This document shows positions 12,301 through 24,300 of a stretch of DNA of 64,000 nucleotides, piece by piece. The position numbers and the translations under genes are program-made. Numbering within the stretch: position 1 is the first letter of the stretch; each line of letters opens with the position of its first letter. This DNA comes from Owenia fusiformis. Taxonomy: Eukaryota. The stretch spans positions 18,786,001 through 18,850,000 of the forward strand of contig CAIIXF020000001.1 of assembly GCA_903813345.2 (NCBI GenBank), written 5' to 3'. The notes beneath the pieces were generated by a model. It saw nothing but the letters and a program-made list of their open reading frames with translations. It searched no databases and was not told the origin of the DNA.

Positions 12301-15300
12301 AAAACTAAAGCAACTGAGTGAAATGTTCTGTCCTTATTCATTTCTGGGGCAAGGATCAAGATTTTACAAAAATATCCATTAATACAGTCGACTACTAGTT
12401 AAAACCAGTTTAGATGAACTTTCTGTTTTCACTGTCATGATATTTTTACCGAGGCAACCACATTGTGGACTGTGGAGTCACACTTTCCATCTCACAATAT
12501 ATACAAATACTGACTGCAATGTTATAGCCTTATATGGTGATGACTGCAATGTTATAGCCTTATATGGTGATGACTGCAATGTTATTTGGTAATGACTACC
12601 TGGGGTGGAGCTGTCACACTCAGAAGAAGAGTCAGTGGAGGTGGAAGAAAGAAGGTCAAGGTCACCATTTGCCCCGCCCAAAGCTTTGCTCTTTAGCGCT
12701 ACTGTTAGAAAAGAACAGAGGTGCAAAAGGATGTCATGAAAAACTTTCAACACTTGTGGTTATTTGTGATTTATACTGCAACATAGTTGTAACACATTTA
12801 GCATAGTTCACACATCTTGAATATGTCTTATTGTATGAGCAGAAAATAATTGTCTATAATATTTTTGAATCGTTTTTTTTAGAAGAATCACATGTTGTTT
12901 ATTACAAAATGTTTGTTCCACAAATGTTGAATTAAACAGAATTAAAGTTAGTAGAGCATACATAAATATATAATAATAAAGTCTATATCTATTGGATGTA
13001 TACATGCATGAATTTAAAGAAATAATACATTACCAATAGATATAGACGAAAACATAACTAAAAGAATCCAGTAGCCTTGGATCTAGACATGGTATTATCC
13101 CTCCATCCCCTCCTGCCAAATCACAATGGTGGAGCTATATATAGTCAGGGAGTGAGGGAAACCACAAATGACATGGTGCAAGGAAGATTTATGACTTAGA
13201 GCACATCATAATTATTCTATCAGAACTAGGAATGAATGCAAGAGCTACAAAATGCAACTGCAATATTAATACAATGACAATGAAAATGTTACGCTGGAGA
13301 TGTTTTTGTTCAATTTGCAAAAACCACTTTAAAAATTAGGGTGAGAAAGACTGTACATGTAGTTACTGTATAATTGCAAAGAAGTATAATGTAGAATGTA
13401 GTTCAAATACAAACATCAATATACTACATGCATACAAGTGACTCCGATCCATATTGGTTGCAAATAAATAGGGCACACATGCAATTTGGATGGAAGATGC
13501 GTAAATAAGATTACTCCTAGGGGAAGGGTGGAGATAAGACATTTTTTATATATGAGAAAGACACACATTAAACATGATCATAATATTACAAAAATCAGAG
13601 TCCAAAGATAAGGGGTAGGATCAAAAAGGTTATTTATTTTATGAAAGGCCTAAACTTTTTAAGTTTCCTATGTAGCTGATTATTAAGAGATAAAATGAAT
13701 GCATTTCAAGACAGAGAAACTCCTACCTTCCTCTATATCAAGTGATTGTACACTGGTGCTGTCTGCTACAATGGGTTCAGCAGATGGACCATTACTAGAC
13801 ATTGCAGCCAATGCATTTTGCTGAAACATAATGATAAAGTCATATTAGTACTATATGACTACCGACCATCTTCGCACGCTTGGTTTTCACTGCACTCATG
13901 AAGCCGAGTGAACAAAGATGACAACCTACCCAGGAAGGGAAATTTGATTGCATCGTATGAAACTTTTTAATTTTGAAGTTTTTGCTTCTCAATAATTTAT
14001 GGAAATAAAAGGGCATTAATGTGCAAAATGTCACCATCTGCTAATTGTTAGACACTGAACGCCTAGCACTGTCACAAAACGATGGAGACTTTAACAATAT
14101 GTCACCACGTGTGTTTGAATTGTTAATCATAGGAGTAATTTGCACTACTTTTCTGTACCTATTCCTCAGAGATAGTTATTACTTTCTTACCTTTGCCATC
14201 TGTATCATCACAATAGAATGCTTGATTGATTCTATCATGGACTGAAAAAAGGAAAATAATCTAATTATGATACAATTCAGGACAATGTGATTCAGCAATT
14301 CATACAATTAAGCATATAATGAATTACCATAACGCATTCAAGACATTTGATTAACTATTTCATTTTTCAAAATCAAGAATATTTGATTAAAATGCAGCAT
14401 ATGATGAATTACAAAATTTACGATCTATGTTTCAAATTCAAAGGACATTTCTGTATTATTCTGAATATAACATTACAATACACCAAAGAAGGTTACTTCT
14501 TCACATTTCAGTGCTTCAAAACACAGTATATTCAGGTATTTCAATTACACTGGTATGTTAACATAGTATATTGCACAAAACTCTAATAAGATTTACACAA
14601 AAATCAATTTTTAGATTTTGGTCAAAGGTATATTTATATAAACAAGTATGGAAAATTTTGTCTATTTATAGTTTTTGTTTTGATTTCAAATTGTTTGGTG
14701 ATAATGAGATCCATATTCTATATATTCATTACTCAGAAACTCAGTCAATTATCAACATTATTGATATCAGGAGGAGAGAAAACCCAAAAGCTTAGAGTCG
14801 GCGCATATTCCTTACACTTTCTTTATTTTGAAGGGAAATAACAAGCTATGCTATTGGTTTACATGCCAGAAATCGACATATTATCATTCAAAGCGTTTTT
14901 TAGAAAATTTTGAAATTGCCATTAAATTGACTGTCGATTTGACCAATCAGCGATGATGTCTTTTCAATACAGATTTACATTATTATATGTCATCTCTTCT
15001 ATTCACTTTAGTATTCAGCTATTATACAGACATGTAGATATATATATATTTCTTTTATTGACAATTGTATCAAAACATGACACATTAGTCTATGTACAAA
15101 CTAAACTGTCTTGACTCAAGACAATACTACACTATTAACTAAATGCTAGACTACATTTATAATTTCACTCTGTACATGTAATGTAAAATCATTTGCATGA
15201 GTTTACAGGCTCTTTATAAAACTTGATGCATAAAAGATGATAAAAAATGTATTAGCAGTGTAGCACAATTATTGCAGTTTATTCTAAATTTTGAAAAGAC

Positions 15301-18300
15301 TTGTAAATATATTTGCCAATATGCCTTTGAACAGTAATATTTTGCGAAGACAATAGCATTTTAAAATTTGTTTCATTGATTAGAAAATTGGGTCCAAATA
15401 TTTCTTTCATTTTTTCAAAGAGGACTCTCCTTTGTGCATCATGTTTTTTACAATCAATAAAAAAATGTTTTTCATCTTCAACAGATGTACAAGTTAAGCA
15501 AAGTCTATCATTTGTTGGAATTGGTTTAGGTTTAGAATACCGGCCTGTTTCAATTCGAAGTTTGTGTGAGCTTAGTCGAAACCTGGCTATTGATTGTCTA
15601 TATTTTCTATTATCAAGTTTTGTATAAGTTTCTATGCAAAAGTCATTCTTAAAAGTGTTATATGTACGAAGTATAGGAAAGTTATATAGATGACACATTG
15701 ATCAATTGAGCTATTTACCTGATATTCAAGATACAAAATTATATTATGATTATACAAAATTGCTGTGGCAAAATACATGTTTCGTGCCAATGAGAAAAGG
15801 ATGTTTCCAAAATATTCAAAACATGGGTATATATCTAGCATTACATTCTGGTAAGAAATTTATAAACATGGAGACCTGTGATGCTAGAATATATCATGGA
15901 TAAGCTTATATTTGCTAACCATATATTTTCATGAATTGTTCAGATGTACTATATATGCCTATCTTAACTCACATAAATTGAGGTCCGGAAAGCAAGGGTT
16001 ATCAGGAGGAGACAGTTCCTTCGCTCCCTTGTTTATCATTTGACCTTTTTTATCAGTAATGTTATGTCTGCCTCTTTAACTCAGATGTGAGTAGGTAGTT
16101 ACTAGTTTCCCCACAAGGTGGCTAGTGGTTAAATTTTCATGTTACCCTTATGTATCTAATACTGTATAAGTGGTAATTTTGCCTAATCATTTAAATTTCC
16201 TATTTCCTAATTTTTTCCAGGTTCGGAAAATTAAATGTCGGAAATATTGTCTTTATAATGTTATCCAATGGGAGGTTTCTTGCCATTAGGAAAATTAAAA
16301 TTAGGAAAATGATGAAATTTGACCATTCGGAAAATTAACCACTTGGATTAAATACCACTTATACAGTAGTGATTCAAATTAAAATATATCCCGTAAAAGA
16401 AAATATTATCTGTCCAATACAAGAAAAGATTTTTCACTTTTTGTGATTTTATAACAAGGGGTCCATGAGGAATCTCCCTGATAAACACTTTTTGAAACCA
16501 CATTTCTAGATGTAATTTTACATGTAGATTTAAAATATGATACTAGTAATATCTACTTTGAATTTTGAATTTTCATGGGGTAAATCAAGATTATTTCTAC
16601 TCCCCCCCCCCCGATGTTCATCATTTGATCTTATACTCCCATTTTCTTCAAATATCAGTAAGGTCATGTCTGCAGTTATGAGACTTGATATTTTCATTAA
16701 TTAAAATTAAAATCAAAAACATTTGACTTCTATTCTGCTATGGATATAATGAATCATACAATTCACGTAATCCAGCATTCAATTTTTCAAAATCAAGACC
16801 ATTTGACAACAACATAGCATATAATGATTCATACAATGATAGAATTCAGAGCATATGATTCTGCATTATGTTTCAAAATGAAAGACATGTGAGTATAATT
16901 CAGCGTATCAGTGACAATTTATCCAGATGGTTTAGAATACTCCATCACATTTCATTGCATTAAAATACAGCACATTCAGGAATTTCTAACATACTGATAA
17001 ACACAGAAAACATATACTGTATTAAACTCAGAAATTTACACAAAAATGATTTCTATATTTTGATCAGAAGTATATTATGTTTACAAATGTGGAACATATT
17101 GTCTATTTCTGTTTTTGTTTTGATAAAAACAGCCAAATATCAACAATATACAGTCACAACCCACTACAACTAGCCATAAGTTAGATGCATACATATGCTG
17201 ACAATATATATATAATAATAATTATCATCAATTTTTTTATTTTTTCTACTTAAACAACTTGATACACTAGTCTTGTTAAAGTGTGAACTGATGTAAAATT
17301 TATGTATTTAGTTTGACAATAGAACTTAGTAACTAAAAAGACAACAACTATAAACATAGGCCAGAAAATTGCACCAAAGTGAGTGGGTCATTATCTAGCT
17401 GATGTGTCGACATAATGTAACTCTGTTGATATGCTTTAGATTTATGAGCCAGATGTCAATCTTGAAGTTAGCCTCGGCCAAAATAGAATAACAATATTGT
17501 GTTTCACTTTATAGGCTTTTATACAGTCTCTTCTAGATTTCACTTGAAATAAGACCATTGTATTACATAATGTCTCCAGATTTGATAGATAATTAGGATT
17601 TGGATAATGAGTTTTAAATTGGTTGACTTTCAAGTTTTAGAAGTCAAAAAGTGCAGTTAAGTTCATGTGTAGAAACTTCAATTGTAACGAAGCAGAAAAA
17701 ATCCATAGATATCAGGTATACACTTTAGTATTCAGTGATTATACATGTAGTTATAGATGGCACACTGATCACTTGAACTATTTGCCAGATATTTAATTAA
17801 TATTTAATTACAAAATTGCAGTGGCAAAATACATACCCTTCCTGTCAATGAGAAAAGGATCTTTTCTAAAATATTTAAAACATGGGTATATCTGTAGAAT
17901 TACAATCTGGTAAGATAAATATATATATGGACATCTGTGATGCTAGAAGTTATCATGGATAAGCTTACATTTGCAAACCATATATTTTCATGAATTGTTC
18001 AAGATGTACTATATAAACCTCCCCCTTAAACTGGAGATGACTGATGTTCGGAGAGTGGGAAGTATCTTGATCAGTAATCTGATTAGGAACACTGCCTCCT
18101 TTAGGAGAGTAGGAGTTATCTTGATCAGCAACCTGTGAACCCTGCCTCCAATTAACCTCTTTTTAGTTTTTCTCGAGATCACTGCCATTATGACACTTAA
18201 TACTTGTATTAATTACAACATTTGACTTCAAATCTGCATATAATGATTTATAGGTGCATACCGAGCAAAGTGAGCCCCAAAAAATGTTTTCAACAAATTT

Positions 18301-21300
18301 TACAAAATTGCTTTTTCTTTTTTGTAGGGGTGGGAGGGGGTGTTCTTCGCACCCATCGCACCATTCCCCCTGGCTACAACCATGAAATAACTCAGGAAAT
18401 TTAATCCAGCATTCAATTTTTAAATCAAAAACATTTCACAAAATATAGTGTAACGACCCTTGGGCACGTCTGTCGTGGAGCTATAGTGTAACGAGCTTGA
18501 AAGGGAATGTGCTAAATTCAATGCCCAATGTGGGAATCGAACCCAGGACCTTCCGCTCGCAAAGCAGACGCTCTACTGAATCAGCCAAAGGGGCTTCCAT
18601 CTACAGCCAAGACTGTAGTAGCGACTTGCTATCGAAGGCGTTATTGAAAACATAGTTAACCTATTCTGGATGATAGATGGCACATTGATCACTTGATCTA
18701 TTCGCCTGATATTTAATTTATACCAAATTACAATGGCAAATTATATGTTTCCTGCCAATGAGAAAAGGGTGTTACCAAATTATTCGAAACATGGGTATAT
18801 TTCTAGCATTACAATCTGGTAAGAAACTTATAAACATGGACATATGTGATGCTAGAAGTTATGGATAAGCTTACAATTGCAAACCATATATTTTCATGAA
18901 TTGTTCAAGATTGTATATAAGCATCCCTTTAAGCTATTTAGGAACTGAGGTCCGGAGAGTAAGGATTATCTTGATCTGCAATATGGTTAGGTTCCTTCCC
19001 TTATTCAACATTTGACCTTTTACTTCCTTTTTCTTCAGATATCAGCCTTTTTGACACATTTTGACATTTCTTCATTATTAAATAAAGTAATCCAGCAGTT
19101 AATTTTTCAAAATCAATACCATTGGACAACAACATAGCACATAATGATTCATACAATGATATAATAGACTAGATGTGAGTAGAAATGTTTTGATTTCAAT
19201 TGCTTAGGTCATTATAAGATGCTTATTCTAAATATTCAAGTGAAATTACTCAGAAACAGTCAAATATCAAAATTGTTATTAGTATTCAGCTTTTATACAT
19301 GCTAATATAGATGGCACGCTGATCACAATACAACATTGCAGTGGCAAAATAAATGTTGCCTATAAACAGGAAAAGGATGTTTCCAAAATATTTGAAACAT
19401 GGGTATATATCTAGCATTACAATATAAGAAATATACAAGTATAGACATTTGTGATGCGAGAAATTATCATGAATAAGCTTACGTTTGCAAACCATATATT
19501 TTCATGGTTTGTTGCGGAAGGTATATAATCCCCCCTTAATCTGTTTTGGATCTGAGGTCCAGAGAAATAAGGGTTATGTACTGGGAGGTTTTGGATATGG
19601 GGTTTATCCAAAGGGAGATATGTATATCTACCTGAGGGACCGAAGGCAGATGTGCATATCTCACGAAGGATGAACCACATATCCAAACCGACCGTACATA
19701 ACTGCTTTATCCTATACCAAGTAGAGTTTTCTAATATTCTTTCAATTTTCTTTTTTTTTTCAATTCTTTTCCACATTTTTCTAATCTTTTTTAAAAAAAT
19801 TTCAAAGGACGATTCTCGGTTTGGAGAACAGTCTCCTGGGCTAATAATTTTTTTCAGGAAAAATATAGAAATATTACCCAAATTAAACTATGAATATTCA
19901 AAAGAGGACATTTAAATCTACAAGATGTAAAAATAACAAATTGGTCTGAAGCAGGGATAACGCTCAATTAGACCGATTCAATAAAATACAAGTCTCGATT
20001 TGGGGAAAGAAGTTCATCAGTGTACTGCGCTAATATTTTTTTGCGAAAAATCAAGAAATATTACCCAAATCAAATTATGACTTTTCAAAAGAAAACATTC
20101 AAATCTATATTATGTAAAAAAAATCAAATTTGTCCGAAGCAGGGATAATGCTCATTTAGATTGATGAACTTCGTTCTCCAAACCGAGAATCGTCCTTTTT
20201 TCTTTTTTCAATTTTTAATTTTTTTCAAATTTTTTTCACATTTTTCTTTTTTTAAATTTTTTCTTATTTTTCAATTTTTTTTTTCAAAGCGGGAAGATAT
20301 GCCCTGGAGCGGGCGGGAGATATGGAGGTTCAAGATATGGAAACCTCAAAATCAGGATACGGGATATATCTTACCAACTTATCTTCCTAAAACTTTACTT
20401 GGCATAGGATAATAAGGGTTATCTTGATCAATAAACTTGGTTTTGGCCCTCCCTTACTCTTCATTTGACCTTAAAAATTCCATTTTTCTTCAGATGGCCT
20501 TTCTGAAACATTTGACAACATTTTCATTCATCAAACCTATCACATTTGACTACAATTTTGCATATAAAGAATTATATAATTCAGGACATGTAATCCAGCA
20601 TTTTTCGAAATCAAGAACATTTGACAACAATAAAGCAGAACAAATATACAGTATGTAATATACAGATTATCCTATATGAGGTCCATTGCATTCATTGCAC
20701 ACCAGAAATCGACCTATCATTCAAAGCGTTTTTAGAAAATTTTGGAACTGCCATTAAATGACTTCATTTGACTGTTGCTTTGACTAATCAGGGATGATGT
20801 CATCTCAATACAGATTTACATTCTAGACATATGTCGTCTGTGAACCATGAGGTTCCCCCTCTTCTATTCACTTTAGTATTCAGCTATTATACAGTCATGT
20901 AGATATAGATGGCACACTGATCAGCTGATTAAACTGATATTTAATCAATACAAAATTGCAGTGGCAAAAATACATGTTTCCTGCCAATGAGAAAAGGATG
21001 TTTCCAAAATATTTAAAACATGGGTATATATCTAGCATTGCAATTTGGTAAGAAATATATAAACATGGACACCTGTGAGGCTAGAAGTTATCATGGATAA
21101 GCTTACATTTGCAAACCATATATTTCATGAATTGTTCAAGTTGTACTATATAAGCCTCTCTTAACATGATTAGGGGATGAGGTCCGGAGAGCAAGGGTTA
21201 TCTTAATTAAGAACCACCCCCCTTGCTCATCATTTGACCTTTTACTCCCTTTTTTGAAATATAAGTATTGTAATGTCTCTTTTTGGTTAGTTTTAAGGGT

Positions 21301-24300
21301 TATCTTAAATAACTTCGATGCAAGTATATAGTTACTAATTTTACCACCAGGCAGGTATATTAGAAACTTCCCTAAACTTGAATATCCATCTACAGTTCTA
21401 GTGGTTCAATTTTCATATTACAAATTAAAATATGTTCAGTAAAAGAAATATTATCTGTCCAATGAAAAATAAATATTTCACTTTTTGTGATTTTATAACT
21501 TGGGGTCTATGGGGATCTCCCCAACCTAGAAGTCACATTTTCAAGATTAAAGCTGAAACATACTTTTACACAGGCTGGTATCGAAAGATTTGTCCGCTGT
21601 GACGGAGCATGCTATTTTTCATAAGAACACTAAGAATGCTTCACGATTTATTTTTTAACTCATATGTTTCGTTATATCAAAGATAATTACTTACTCCATG
21701 CAATGGATATATCATTTGCGTGTAACCTTCACTTCTGTTTGAAGTCAAATAACGCTAGGAGTAAAATCTATTGAAAACGGCGCCAGAGTATCAAATTCTA
21801 AAATGTACCATTTCTTTTTTAAATTTTTTAATGGCATGATATAGTGACATGATAATATTAAAATATGTTTTCAGCATAACTCTGAATGTATTAATGAGAT
21901 ATTAATGCATTGGGTCTTTTTAATTTTTTCTGTTAAAAATAATATCAATATTTTTTGTCCGCTGTGACGGAGCATTTTCACAGTTCACATTTGCAACTGC
22001 TCCGTCAAAGCGGACAAAAAAATTAAAGATTATTTTTTATAAAAGAATTAAAAAGACCAAATACATCAACATCTCATTTATACCTTCATAGTTATGCTGA
22101 AACCATGTGTAAATATTATCGTGTCACTATATCGTGCCATTAGAAAGTTAAACAAGAAATGGTACATTTTGAAGTATGATACTCCGGCGCCATTTTCAAT
22201 AGTTTTTCTTCCCAGCGTAATTGGACTTCAAACAGAAGTGAAAGTTACCCGCAAATGATATATCCATTGCATGGAGTAAATAATTTTGTATGGTATAACG
22301 AAACATATGAGTTAAAAAATAAATCGTGACGTATTCTTAGTGTTTTTATAAAAAATAGCATGCTCCGTCACAGCGGACAAATATTTCGATACCAGCCTGT
22401 GTTTTAGAACCCTCATTTCTAGATGTAATTTTACATGTAAATTTCAAATATGATACCAAATTTGACTGAATTTTGAATCTTTAAAGGGCCAAATCAAGAT
22501 TATTACTACTTCTGCCTAGCCTATAATTCTGCTATGCATATAATGAATCATACAATCCAGGACATGTTATCCAGCATTTAATTTTTTAAAATCAAGAACA
22601 TTTGACAACAAGGTTCAGGATATAGAGATTATCCTGAGGCTAATATATACAGACTATACAATGATCTGTTTATCCCACATACTCAATGTTCAAATATTTG
22701 TGCATCTTTCACAAGTTCAATTCCCCTAGCCCCTGGGCTTAAGGGATTATTGCTTGTGAAAGATGCAATGGTAATCACCTCAATAGAATGAAATACTTGT
22801 ATAATATTTCAAGTTTAGTTTCTAGATTTCAATTTGTTTGGTGATAGTGAGATACTAGATCTATAAATTCAAGTGAAATCCCTTAGAAAAAGTCAAAGTT
22901 CAACATAACTGATATCAGGTATTTGCTTGCTATAAGTAATCAACTATAATACATGTAGATATAGATGGCGTCTGATTAGGTGTACCATGTGTAACATTGG
23001 CCCCATATTTTATTCATAAAAATTGCGACAACAAAATATATGCTTCTTGCCAATGAGAAAAGGATGTTTCCAAAATATTTAAAACATGGGTATATATCTA
23101 GCATTACATTCTGGTAAAAAATTTATAAACATGGAGACCTGTGATGCTAGAATATATCATGGATAAGCTTATATTTTCAAACCATATATTACCATGAAAT
23201 ACTCAAGATGGTATATAAGCCTCTCTTAAAACAAGTAGTACATGAGGTCCGGAGAGCAAGGGTTATCTATGATTTATGAACCCTCCCTTGTTCAACATTT
23301 GACCTTTTACTCCCCTTTTCCTCAATTATCAATAATGTTATGTCTGCCTTTTTAGGACATCTAATCTTCAGGACATGTAATCTATTGATTTAATTATTCA
23401 AAACCAAGACCATTTGACAACAATATAGCATATAATATGAGGTTATATAATGGTTGATTCTGTATATCATGTTTATACTCAAGTGAGTATATGATATATT
23501 CACGAGTGACTGAAGGGAACGAGTGAATATATCATATACTCACGAGAGTATAATGATATACAGAATCAACCATTATATGATCTTATTATCCCACCCTTAT
23601 ATTTAATCAATAAAAGGTTAATCTAAATTCAGCAGTTGTATATCAAGTCGAAGAGTTGTATACACTGCCCAGGAGTTGTATACGCTATCCAGGAGTTGTA
23701 TATCGTTCTCAAGAGTTGTATACGATGAGTGTTGGTTTTATATCGCAGTTATACAATGCTTTTATACAATCATATAAAGCACTTAGGGTGGGATAATGAT
23801 TCATACAATTCAGTATATATGATTCGGCATTTGTTTCAAAATCAATGACATGTGAGTATAATTTAGCACATTTTGTAACCATATATCCTGGATGACTAAG
23901 AATAATTTTTAATGCAATAATTCATTGCATTAAAATGCAGTTTATTCAGGAATTTGAATTATAATGATAAACGTATAAAAAATATGTTGCACAAAACTCT
24001 AACAACTAACAAAAAAATTATATCCTTAATTTGGTCTAAAATATATTATGGATACAAATATGGAACATATTGTCTATTTCTGATTCTTGTTTCGATTTTA
24101 ATTTGTTTTGTGATAGTGAGATGCTTATTCAAATATTCAAAACAGTCAAATATCGATAGTATTGATAATATCAGATATTCACTTTAGTATTCAGCTTTTA
24201 TACATGTAGATAGAGATGGCATACTGATCACTTGAGCTATTTGCAAGATAAAATGCAGTGGCAAAATATATGCTTCCTACCAATGAGAAATAGATTTTTC

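Noticed and set aside
13867..13899. [11 protein letters not shown] as an alternative first exon for a PH-less ORP9 isoform
   Set aside because: It is in phase with exon 8, but needs a 46-nt intron and a weak gtcggt donor; unsupported without RNA data.
18522..18594. Functional tRNA-Ala(TGC) gene
   Set aside because: Acceptor and T stems are mismatched, there is no G3:U70 pair, and it sits in an inserted cassette.
19417..19915. 154 aa and 87 aa ORFs
   Set aside because: They span a palindromic element and poly-T tracts; compositional artefacts.
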